From assembly GCF_009914755.1 (NCBI RefSeq), contig NC_060927.1: a stretch of 64,000 bases of DNA; one strand, 5' to 3'. Source of the stretch: the human T2T-CHM13v2.0 reference genome, Homo sapiens. Shown in pieces: positions 1-59,275 of the stretch. Position numbers and translations under genes: made by a program. The notes under the pieces are model-generated. The model worked only from the letters and a program-made list of their open reading frames with translations. It did not search any database and had not been told where the DNA came from. Position 1 is the stretch's first letter, and each line of letters begins with the position of its first letter.

Positions 1-9
1 CCCAGGTGT

Positions 10-262
10 GGCCGGGTGCGGTGGCTCATGCCTGTAATCCCAGCACTTTTGGATAAGGAGGCAGGTGGATCATGAGGTCAGGAGTTCAAGACCAGCCTGG
101 CCAACATAGTGAAACCCCGTCTCTATTAAAAGTATAAAAAATTAGCCGAGTGTGTTGGCAGGCACCTGGAATCCCAGCTACTCAGGAGGCTGGGGCAGGA
201 GAATCCATCCTGGACCACAGTGCAAGACTCCATCTCAAAAAAAGAAGAAACAAACAAAGAAA
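10..262 (+). mobile_element. Alu (AluS-like, internal deletion in right arm)
   Basis: ggccgggtgcggtggctcatgcctgtaatcccagc start; A-rich tail. Confidence 0.9.
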
Positions 263-266
263 ACAA

Positions 267-585
267 CCCAAGTACAATGACATGGCAGCACCACAGTGTT
301 GGTCAGCCTCGGAAAGCCAGTCCCCCACCATCACTGACATCGCCGCCGGCGGGGTCACGTGCCGGGACCGGGTTCCGGTGTGGAGAGCCCCTCATCCTGG
401 GAAAAGGTGCTGCCAGAAAGGTGGCGCCCCCTCACTCATCACGCAAGTCACGTTGAACCTGATGCTAAACCAATCATAGATGACCCGCTTCTGGGTTGGG
501 GTTTCCTAGGTAGCTAAGCAGATCCCTGGCTGCAATCTATTCAAAGTCAGTCCTTGACACTGGGGTTTGTTTAAAAAAAAAAAAA
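267..585 (+). pseudogene. Retrocopy of the 3' end of 28S rRNA with poly(A) tail
   Basis: gaacctgatgctaaaccaatcatagatgacccgcttctgggttggggtttc...ctattcaaagtcagtccttgacactggggtttgt matches the 28S 3' terminus (..GCTAAACCATTCGTAGACGACCTGCTTCTGGGTCGGGGTTTC..GACACAAGGGTTTGT) with CpG decay, followed by A13. Confidence 0.9.
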
Positions 586-740
586 GCTTAAAGAAAAAGG
601 AGAAGAAAGAAAAAACTTTTAGTCCACATTAACTTTGAAAATCTTAGTGTTAAATAACCTATAACATCCACATAGATGTGATGAGCCCACTAACTAAAAC
701 ACTGACAACAAATAAAGTACATTAAACAGGCTGCACCTCA

Positions 741-1076
<336 letters not shown>

Positions 1077-1649
1077 TTAGGGTTCCTAGAAATAAACAGA
1101 AGTCAAAATTATGTTACTGTTTTTAGCAGGAAATGCCCAGAAGCAATTACCCTTGCATAAGAGTGGAATATATTCAGGGCAGCTGTATACATATAGAATC
1201 AAAAAATAAAGTTTTATTATACCACCTTATTTTTTCAATTAATGGATGTTTGAAAATTATTTCTATTAACATTTCTTAAATAAAACTATCACACTGAAAA
1301 CAAAAAAACAAACACATGCTTCACAATACTGGATGAAACAGGCTGAAAACACACTTCCTACCCAGCACTAGGTCAATCCCATCTTCTCTGCAGAGCCAAG
1401 CACTGGACAGTAAATGTCACATGCAAAACTGCTCTGTGACCATCACAGAGAGGACACCAAGCAAGGAGGAAGCTAGGGGCAGGGATTCCTATGGATATGT
1501 TTTATTTCCAAGTATTTCCTACAGCAGAGATAGGTATGCCACCTAGTTGTGGCAAGACACAAGAGGCAGAGGATATGTTCTTCATCTCCCATCAGAAAAA
1601 CCAAAAATCCTATTTTGCCATGTGGTGCTCACATTCTTTTGCAACACAG

Positions 1650-1880
1650 CTTACTACTGGTTAAAAGCATGGACTCTGGAGCCAGGCTGCCTGGGTTCAA
1701 ATCCCAACTTTATGTCTCCTTTATTATGTAACTCTAGAAAAGTCAATTAACCTTAGTTTTCTTGTGAGTAAATGGGGACACAATAGTACTTACCTCACAG
1801 TTGACATAAGGATTAAATAAGGCATTTAGAAAATCATCTAGCACATAGATAGCACTACAGAAATGTAACTAATACTATTA
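1650..1880 (+). mobile_element. MIR SINE
   Basis: MIR core: ggttaaaagcatggactctggagccaggctgcctgggttcaaatccc..gtaaatgggga..aatagtacttacctcacag..aggattaaa. Confidence 0.75.
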
Positions 1881-2287
1881 AAATAATTCTGGAAAAAAGG
1901 TAAATAGTGCTTTAAATATCCAGGTCACTACTAAAATTCAGAAATAAATTCTACAAGTTTTCATCAGGTATTTAATTACCTTAAGAATTAACCTGCAGAC
2001 GTACAGTTAACTCTCATCATCTGAGGGAAAAGTGTGCAATCTGTGGACTGCTGACCCCTGTCGCTGCTACCTTTGTACCATCCTCCCTTCAACAGCCCGA
2101 CCTCCAGAACAAAAGTAGCAGCAGGATGAAAGAGTAACAGAAAACAAGCGAACGTTTTTGCCAAAAAGGATTATCAGACAATTCTGAATGTCTGGAAAGG
2201 TGATTTGTTCCCTTGAGCAATCAGGATAGATACACTAGACTGACCAGATGCTCTACCTTATGTTACAGATATAAAATATGTGGGTAA

Positions 2288-7584
<5,297 letters not shown>

Positions 7585-7667
7585 TAGAAATAATAGTAAT
7601 AATTTAAAAGACAAACAAGCTTGAGGTAGGAAAAATTCCATAAAACCATTAGAAAATATCAATACTA

Positions 7668-13425
<5,758 letters not shown>

Positions 13426-13469
13426 ATGGTTCTATTTTCAATCAGGAAACTAAAATTTGTATTTTTCCC

Positions 13470-14090
13470 AAATATTGACGGATTGTAAACTGGCACAACC
13501 ACTTGCATTATCTAGTGAAGCTGAAAATATCCATTCCACGAACCTGAGCAATTTTACCCATCAGTATATATGAAGGAACTTTTTTTTAAACAAGGGTACT
13601 TAATACAAGAATGTTCACAGCAGCATTGTTAAGAGCCAAAAGCTGGAAGCAACCCAGATATCTATCAATAGTGGAATAGATAAATACCTTATGGTGTATT
13701 CATACAACAGAATACTACATAAAAAATGGAAATGAACAGCTGCACACAATGTGAACAAATTTCAGAAACATTATGCTAAGACAACATAATACAGCATGAC
13801 TCCATTTATACAAAACTCATAAGGAAACAAATCTAAACTAGGTTAAGGGCTACGGAGATGGTAAATGTAAAAAGAAGAAGAATGTTATCACAGAATAACA
13901 GCTGTCTGTACGGCTTGAGAAGCTGTGATCAGGAAGGGACCCACGAAGGGTTCAGAGATACTGGCATCGTTTTATTTCTTGAAAAAGTAGTACTTTCGCC
14001 AGCATTTACTTTATAATTTGTCATTAAATTGTACAGAGATCGCCTAAATTTACATGGATGGATAAATATTTCACAAATTTTAAAACAAAG
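13470..14090 (+). mobile_element. Old L1M (L1ME/MC-type) ORF2 end and 3'UTR fragment
   Basis: acaagaatgttcacagcagcattgtt..gccaaaagctggaagcaacccaga..atggtgtattcatacaacagaatactac..atgactccatttata are typical L1M 3' motifs. Confidence 0.75.
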
Positions 14091-14098
14091 AAAAACAT

Positions 14099-16163
<2,065 letters not shown>

Positions 16164-16464
16164 TTAAGTGTATCCTAGAAAAACTTTACAGCTTTTCTTT
16201 GAACCATTTAGGTCCGTTTAAAAGCTGAGCCTGCAAACGCTTAAATCTGCGGGTTCCACTGACTTATATCCTAAGAGGAGAAAACTGAGCAAGTAGCGAA
16301 CTGTGGCTGAATTCAAAGATGCCGTTCTCCCACATCTTCATTTTACAGCACCTAATAGTTTCTGGAAGACAGCACCCAGAATTGACAGGATTTGTAATGC
16401 TTCAGTATTACCAGAAAAAAAACTGTGCACAGATACTTCCAGGATATGAACAATTTTAACTCAC

Positions 16465-16524
16465 CAGTCACCATGTTGCATGTATTTCTGCTGCTTGTCC
16501 TGAGTTCTTAAGACTTCTAATATT
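16465..16524 (-). other. QRICH1: QRICH1 alternative 60-nt 5'UTR cassette exon
   Basis: Strong acceptor TTTTTTGTTCTATCTTCTTCAG and donor CTG|GTGAGT; contains two ATGs. Confidence 0.75.
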
Positions 16525-17379
16525 CTGAAGAAGATAGAACAAAAAAGTTCCTTCCATCCTCAGCCTCTTTTTATTAATAATTTTAACTTTGTTCTTAAAA
16601 ACAATACAGTACATTAGAAAGAACTACCCCACCATTATCAAATTTGATGGCTAATTTTACTTCCTCTTAGCTTCCTATTCCTTAAGCTTAATTGAGCAAG
16701 ACTGTAAATCAAACTAGCAGATGTTTTGTATTAGAAAAAAGAGGTGCCTATTTCTCTAGAACAAACCTAGAACTTCCTTGACACCAAAACACAGCGGCAG
16801 GGTCAAAAAAAGAGCTGAAAAGGACTGAAATCCTACACCAAAAGTGACTTTTACAGTGATACACTATCAGATTTTAGTAATTTCTGCTGGGATTTCTGCA
16901 ATTTCAAAAAAGGTAAAGCACTGATTCTCAGGTTGTTCCATTTTGTTTAAGGCCAACTTTTTGGCTGAGGCAAAGGTGGGCCTTTAATATAATAAAGTAA
17001 GCCCCTCCCACTTACGCAAAAGAAAAGCTGCGTTTAAGGATTTAAACTGGCATTTTAGAGCTCGGAGTTCACATGGGCCACATAAGCGAATTCCCTTCCG
17101 GAGCGCACAGAGGTGACGTGTATGAATTACGCTTATGGACGTATTAGTTTCTAATGAAAGATAAGCAGGTACCACTCAAGGGCCTTCTAATATTAACCTT
17201 CCCTGCCCGGCAGAAAGCCCAGTACAAGGTGAGGAAATCCGAAGGGGCTCACTGCCCTCTCAAACCAAGAGGGCTTGGTTTCCGAAGCAGAGAAACACCC
17301 TACCCAAGCACCCGCACCGTACTTGGGCCTCAAGTAACGGCATTCTTCGAGGAGAACGGGCAATCTCGCCCCCCTCACA

Positions 17380-18520
17380 GAGGAGCGGAACCGCAAGCCA
17401 GACAGCAAAGCTGGTTGGTTTCTCTCCAGGCCGAGGCCACGGATGCCCGGGAACGTCACCAGACCAGAAAGGACCCAATCCTCAACCTTCCCAGCGCAAC
17501 GAGCCGCGGCCGGCCCTCTGCTCAGCAGAAGCCTCCTGCGCGCTCTCGAGGCAGCACCGCCACCCGATATCAGAGCGCGCGCCCCAAAACTGGGGGTCGT
17601 CACGGGCGCGCGCTCCAGAAAGCCGCGGTTGCCCACGGGCCACAGCTCCTAGAGCAGAGATATCCGGGCCGGGAACGCGCACGTCGGCGGCCACGCGCAC
17701 CGAGAGCCGCACAGCGCGCGCGCGTAAAAACAGGCTCAGCCGCGCGCCCGCACCGGCGCGCCATCTCGCGCCGCGCCCACCCAAATCCCCGGGCCACCCC
17801 TCCCCCATCCACAGGGCGGGGTGCGCTAGCCCAGGAACGTTTTCGGCTCCGGAGCCGCCCCGAACTCTCCAGGGCCCAGCGGTAGTGGCCCGCCCGCCCC
17901 CGCCCGCCGTTGTGTGGGGTGGGCCCCCCGTCTCAGGCCTACAGCTTCGCCGCATCCCCACCCGCACTGGAGCCCTCACCCGGCGACGTCACTGCCGCCG
18001 CCGCCGCCGCCTCCGCTGCACCCGCCGGCCCCGCCGCACCGCCAGGGACCCTGGTTCTGCCGTCGTCGCTCCAAGACCGACAGGGTTTTCTCCTCACAGC
18101 TCCCTGGGCGCCATCTTACATTCAACCCTCACAGCCAATAGGAGCCGATTGCTCCTCTCGCGATAATCGGGGCGTCGGATCCCGCGAGATCTGGGACTGC
18201 CTACCGGCCAAAATTAAAGTGAACGCTTCAGCAGGGGAAGGTGGCCGCGCTTCTGGCCGCTAGAGCGGATAGTGGATCCTAGGGTATGGAGCGGCTCGCT
18301 CCGCCCATGGACGCCTCTCCATGTGGGGCGGAGCTAGGGCCGTGGCTTGGCCTAGTAGTGGAGTCTCGGAAGGCTAGGGCTCCAAGCTAGCTCTTTGGAC
18401 CCACCTTCCGTCGCCCGCCAGAGCCTCCTTTGGTCGAGCACGCCCACGCGGGGCGGGGCCTGGCCAGGCTCGGCCTCTCGCTTAAGGTGGACCCCACAAA
18501 CTTCTGTCCTGGGCCTGGCG
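17380..18520. promoter_or_regulatory. CpG island / QRICH1 promoter
   Basis: Very high GC and CpG density; CCAAT at 18135-18139; two TCTCGCGAGA-like (BANP/ZBTB33-type) motifs at 18156-18165 and 18180-18189. Confidence 0.85.
17980..18145 (-). other. QRICH1: QRICH1 non-coding exon 1 (TSS approximate)
   Basis: Donor CGG|GTGAGG at 17979, inside a CpG island; (GGC)6 at 17994-18011; YY1-type AAGATGGCG at 18109-18117. Confidence 0.8.
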
Positions 18521-19051
18521 TCCCCAGCCGTGCCCTGCCTGGGAAGCCTCTAGGTTGCTCACCTCCTGGAGGAGTCAGCATCTGGTACTCCCGCTGTCTG
18601 CTGCCATCTGAGTTCAGCCTTCCGCAGTTGGGTCCACCTTAAAGCGGGCCCCCGGGTAGCCTAGTGTTTGTATACAGGGAAAATGTGGAAGGCGTTAAAG
18701 CTGCAGGCACACTCGGGCCTCAGCAGCAGCCTACACTGCCCCCAGAGGGCTTCCAGCCTGCTGTAGACTCTTTTTGCCTCGGAGCTTTTGCCCTTGTTCC
18801 TCTTATCCTGGCAAACTCCCCGTAGTCTTTCGTGATTCCCTTCAGAAGTCACTTCGTTAGAGTAATGTTTTCTGAGGCCCAGGCTGGGTCAGGAACCTCT
18901 TCCAGTCTTGCACAGGCCCCAGGGAGACCGCTCCCATACAGTGCTTGGTCACCCATTTCCCCTCCCGTGAACTTGGAAGGCCACCACAGCACGTATGCCC
19001 CATCTCACTTTGCCTGGCACGTAGTAGGCACTCAAAAATTATATGCCGAAT

Positions 19052-19777
<726 letters not shown>

Positions 19778-20021
19778 TCAGACCAGGTGCGGAGGGTATG
19801 AATCCTACCCAGGCCCCTGCCTTTAAGCACCAAAAAGTGCACCGGTGCTTTCAAAGCTGTCAGTACCACTCTGTTCTGGGAAAGTCCATTCTCACAGACA
19901 AAATGTGCAAAAGGCACATCTCCATCCCCCAATCATACCACCACCGCCAGCATGTCTTCAGGGCCTTCAGATGCTAGAAGTGCAGAGATAACACACAGAC
20001 TCTAGGAGAATTTAGCTGTTC

Positions 20022-20027
20022 TTTATT
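20022..20027 (-). terminator. QARS1 polyadenylation signal
   Basis: AATAAA about 70 nt after the stop; GU-rich element (GTCTGTGTGTT) downstream. Confidence 0.9.
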
Positions 20028-20097
20028 GACATGGAATTTGGGGTGGCGAGGGTAGCCACACCCTCCAGGAGGATGAGGTAGGTTCAGTGCTTCCAGC

Positions 20098-31495
<11,398 letters not shown>

Positions 31496-32136
31496 AAGAA
31501 GGAAGGCTTCAGGAACTCTTAAGGGAAGACTCTTCAGGCTGGCAGGCCCCAGCACCCTCCCTCCAATAGAAGTCAGACAAGATTCACTCTGGTCCTCTCT
31601 GCTTGTCCTCTTTTCAGGGCAGCAAGATCTGCCCCACAGCAGTTTTCCTCCTGCTCTGTTACCTGCAGGGATGCAGTTAGTGTTCAAGTTACAGCAAAGA
31701 AAAAGCTGAGGACAGGAGAGGAGGAGGAAGATCTCCCAGTACTTCTGTCCCCCAAGTCCTCCCTGACTTGTCAGCCCCAGGCTGCTCTGGTGAATGCACC
31801 TTTTACTCCACGCTGTCAGCTCCAGTGCTTCATATACTCCTCTGTCCCTTGGCTATATTGAGATCCTGACGATGCCTACCAAGCTGCCTCTTATGTAGGA
31901 TCCAGAACCAGTGGGATGAAAGAGCAGCAGGTAGGCTCCAAAGAGCTGATAGCACTGGGGGCTTCATGACCCATAGGACATGAGCTGGGACCCCATCATC
32001 TCCCTTCAGACTAGGGCACTTTCAGGGTCTCTCATATATAAACACACATACACACACATACACACCGCAAATGATGGGGAGGGGAGGTGGCCCCAGCATG
32101 TGGTGGATCACAGTCACTAAGTCTACTTACTTATTA

Positions 32137-32142
32137 TTTATT
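32137..32142 (-). terminator. USP19 distal poly(A) signal
   Basis: AATAAA at the end of an AU-rich 3'UTR segment. Confidence 0.8.
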
Positions 32143-32483
32143 TTTAAAATATATTTAAACAGCAGCAGTCACTTCCAAAATGCAAAAAAAATTACAATTT
32201 TTAGAATAAAATTATAATGTTTATAATGCGGGTCAGAAGAATTGAAGGTACAACAGAATCAAATCACGCAGCACTGGAGGCGGCTGGAGAAGCCAAAGCC
32301 CACTGGTCAGGGGTCCAAGCTGACAAGAAGTCCCAACCTGAGAGGTCTCCACACCCAAATCATACCCCTCAGCTTCCCACTGACAGAGCCAGTGTCCTCT
32401 GGGTTAGAGAAGGAGAAGCGGCAAGGAGCTGGCCCTCTGTGTGGGTGTCCCAAACCCAGTCCCCCCCATCAGCCAGGGACCTG

Positions 32484-32600
32484 CTAATCCACCTCCTCCA
32501 TGTTGCTGTAGGTGGGGGCTGGCCGATCCACAGGGGGGGCGAAGCGTTCAGGGGCTGTCCGCGTGGGGGCCACCTCGGGGGCCTGGCCAGGGCCTAGTCC
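32484..32600 (-). CDS. USP19: USP19 alternative distal last exon (cytosolic isoform ending MEEVD)
   Basis: Acceptor TCTGTTGCAG|GGA, phase 0; GLGPGQAPEVAPTRTAPERFAPPVDRPAPTYSNMEEVD*. Confidence 0.92.
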   Translation of the reverse strand, partial: GLGPGQAPEVAPTRTAPERFAPPVDRPAPTYSNMEEVD

Positions 32601-32764
32601 CTGCAACAGAATACGAGGACAGGGGTTGGGGGCTGCCCAGCATGCCGCCTGGCATCCCGGGGGTGCTGGCTTGGAGCCCTGGCACCCAAGGGAGGGTCCC
32701 AAGGCAGGCGCAGACAGCAGCGGCGTTGAGACAGAGAGACGAGATTGGGCCTGAATAGTCTGGT

Positions 32765-32770
32765 TTTATT
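32765..32770 (-). terminator. USP19 proximal poly(A) signal (TM isoform)
   Basis: AATAAA lying between the two last exons. Confidence 0.85.
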
Positions 32771-33029
32771 AACACTTTTAAGTACAGGAAGTAGCTTGGG
32801 CAGGGCCAAGCCTGAGGCCAAGGGTCAGAGCAGCAGGATGAATGGACAGACAGCCAGATGGATACACACCCTAGGATACTCTGCCCCTGCAGGGGCCACA
32901 ACCTCCCCACCCTCTCCCACCAGATGCATAAGCTGAGGCCCAAAGCCCAGAGGTGTTCCCCACAACAAAGGCAGGCATGGCCTGGGGCAGGCAGGTAGGC
33001 CAGCTCACAGCAGCTGCCTGCAGGCGAGC

Positions 33030-43217
<10,188 letters not shown>

Positions 43218-44399
43218 CTTGAGCCGCTTGGTCGACAGCCAGAGTGCCCCGGGGTCGGCAACAGCGTCTGGGTCAGGGCTGCGGCGCTTTCTTCCTGGCC
43301 CAGCTATCTTGGCAGCTCTTTGTGGCCAAATTCTCCAGCAAGGAACGGACAGCCTAATGGAAAGAAGCCAGTGATCACTGCCAAGACCCAACAACTTGCT
43401 CTTTAGCTACACCCAGGGCTCAGCAACACAGGACACTAATGCTACAGAGCTGTATCTTCTCATCTCTTAAGTACCCCTGGACACTCTCAGGATATTCTGA
43501 AGAGGTAATAAATAATGCAAGTAGCAGCAACCACTTCTGGCCAAGCCTCATAGATACCCACCATAACAGTCCCACACAGGTGAAAGCCTCACTGAGGGGG
43601 CACCAGGTCAAGGAAGTCATGGCCTGGGACCAGGCTACTCCACCAATCTGGAGAGGAGCCACGGCTCCAGCCCACAGGGCTGGCACTCCGAGCAGGGTGC
43701 TCACTTTTCCTTCACTCTCACTGGCTGCTTAGTCACCACTGGAGAAATAGAAGGTGGAGGAGGAAGGCAGGACAGGAGACAAGCCGCAGGAGAACCAGGC
43801 TCTGTGGCTGTAAACAGGCTCAACCCAGGTTCTACCATTGCCCAGAAAAAGTCCTGGGGCTAAGGCACTCCACCTGCCTCCTGCCAGCTCCCACCCTTGG
43901 CAAGAACCTGCTCCTATGTACTGCTTGGTCCTTCTTCATTTCAAGAGAAAGTCCTCTCCCCAGCTGCTGTCCCAAGCAGAAAGGGACTGAAAAGTGTATC
44001 TAGATGTCACGCTACCTCTTCAGCAGCAACCCTGCTCCAGTACTAAGGCAGGATGGGCATCCAGTTTGAGACTGGAACAGAAATTATCACCTTCCTTCCC
44101 AGATGCCTTCACTCATGAGCTCTGAGCCACAAGGACCACTACAGTTTCCCACAGACCCACCAGTGGATTCTGGACTGTTTCCTCCTCCAAAATGAAGGTC
44201 TTGAAACTAGATACTGAGATGAGGCTGGGGAGGACCACAGATCCAGGACTCCTGGCAGCCTCAAGCCTGGCCTGAACCAGTAGCAGGACAGATAATGACT
44301 AGTCTGTGTTCCCCTAAGTGTGTAAAGGAGGAAGGAGGGATGGCAGGATACCCTTCTACAGGTCAGATGTGGTACTGGTGGGCTGGATCTTTAATGACA

Positions 44400-45160
44400 C
44401 CTGCCACCGACGCCTCCTTCTTGCACCCAGGCCCCAGCCGAAGGTCGCGTCCCTCCCCCATGCCCCAGGGACGTCGAGGCGGGTAAGGGGCTGTTTAGAG
44501 ACCCGAGCCGGCCTGAAATGGCAGCGCGGGGTTACTGACCACAGATCAGCGCCCCGGTCGAGCTGCGACCCAGCTTCAGCCTCTGAACCCCGAGCCCGCC
44601 ACCACCTCTCCCACGAAGTTGCCCTCGCTGGCCGCCAGTCCTCTCCCAGGTGGGAGGCTGGCCACAGGCATAGCGTAACGGCCCTGCCGGCATCAGTGGG
44701 CTGGCACGCTGCGGGGCACTAGGGGTAGGGACTGGCACGGCCCGTGACCTTGAACAGGCCGCCGCGGCCGCGCGTTGCGGCCTCCCCGCTGCGGCCAAGC
44801 CAGCGAGTTGCAGCCTGCTCCACTCACCGAGCGAGACCGCCGCAGCCAGCCCTCTTCGGGCCCTGGCAACCCGCTCTCCGTTCCGGTTCCGGCGCAGGTC
44901 GGTTCCGGTTCCGGCGCGCCCCTCCCCCGTCCCGGCGCCGCCGCCACCGCCTTAGCGGCTTGTTTTGTTTCGACTTCTAGCTAAGGCCGAGGGAGGCGGA
45001 GCGCCAAGCTGGTGACGCACTTCCGGCGGGAATGGGCTCGGAGCGACCCGCAGCTCCGGGGCGGGCCCGAGCGGAAGGAGGCGGTGCTCGGGTGGCTTAG
45101 CGGTGCATGGGTTCTGCTGGGGGCAACCTCGAGGTTCCCCTGGAGACTCCCCCGCCCGCC
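44400..45160. promoter_or_regulatory. USP19 CpG-island promoter and non-coding exon 1 (donor GTGAGT at 44827; possible alternative donor at 44748)
   Basis: CpG-rich; CCGGAAGT ETS site at 45019-45026 abutting TGACG; tandem TTCCGG repeats at 44881-44914; GC box near 45057. Confidence 0.85.
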
Positions 45161-45201
45161 CCAAATCAGAGTCCAGACAACACAGTGGGGGTTCACACTG
45201 G

Positions 45202-45207
45202 TTTATT
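45202..45207 (-). terminator. LAMB2 poly(A) signal
   Basis: AATAAA about 90 nt after the stop; TGTGTTGTC element downstream. Confidence 0.9.
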
Positions 45208-45297
45208 GGGGGCCCTGCCGGGCCAAGAGCTCTTCAGTGCATAGGCAGACATGCATGTGGGGCAGTGCTAGGAACTGGGGTAGGCCTTGGGCAGGGG

Positions 45298-58020
<12,723 letters not shown>

Positions 58021-58237
58021 TCCAGGGAAGAAAGCTGATGATAGTTCCTCAGGGGAATCACCCCACTTCACAAAGGAGCATGGGGGCGGCGGGGGTGGGG
58101 GTTGGGTGAGGGTTGGGTGGGGGTCAGTCAATCCGTTGGACTTTAGGCATCGCTGGGAGTTATTCTGGATATCCGGAGTAGAGGTCTCCAGTCACCCTGA
58201 GGATCATGTAGTCAACCTGGGGGATCAGGGATACTAG

Positions 58238-58555
<318 letters not shown>

Positions 58556-59029
58556 TAAATAGTGCCAGGCCCCATCTATTTATTTTGAGTGGAGAATGCC
58601 AGCACTGTAGTCTCACAGTTTTAGATCACTCAGAGATAAAGGTGTATCAAGGTCTGGGACACTAGATGGCCTCAGGGAGTTACATGATCTGTCTGCTTTC
58701 TCAAGGTCAGAGGGCCACTGGGGGACATCGTGGGGCCACATGGGGGGGTCACTCAGGGTCAGTGGGCACTCAGTAGGATCTTTGGTCTCCCAAGGCCAGG
58801 AGATTCCTGGATCACTCTAGGGCCACTTTGAGTTACCCAGGTGATCCCACAGTCCTTCTTAATGGCTTCCATAGACAGTAATTAGCAGGTGGCATACTTA
58901 TTGGTGGCAAAGCACATCATGTGCCCAAGCAGCTCAGCTGCCTGCTGCTCCAGGGCCTGCAGGGTGGCTGCCTTCTTGCCCAGTGCCTGTGCATTCTGTG
59001 TCAGGCGGCACTCCAACCCTGGGGTCAGG

Positions 59030-59275
59030 TCATCTGAGCCAGGCTCTGACCCCTGGCTCTAACCTCTGATCCTGGTCCCAGTCTCTATCACAACCCTGAC
59101 CCTGACCCAGCCCTAACCTTAAATAAACCCTGAACCTAATCAACACTTGATCCCTGGTCTAAACCTTGACCCTAGCCCTGATCCCTACATGAGTCAAGAT
59201 CTGATCTGGACCCAGCCTTAACCCTTCCACAACATCCCTATTCTGGCCCTGACCTTTCCATCTGACCCTAAGCCG
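59030..59275. repeat. Degenerate (TRACCC)n telomere-like hexamer tract
   Basis: Recurrent tgaccc/taaccc/tagccc/tgatcc units at 6-7 nt spacing. Confidence 0.65.

Noticed and set aside
150-479. 109-aa plus-strand ORF
   Set aside because: Chance frame across an Alu tail and the 28S retrocopy.
17154-18642. Long R/P/A/G-rich ORFs on both strands, up to 243 aa
   Set aside because: Expected stop-codon scarcity in a CpG island; no recognisable protein.
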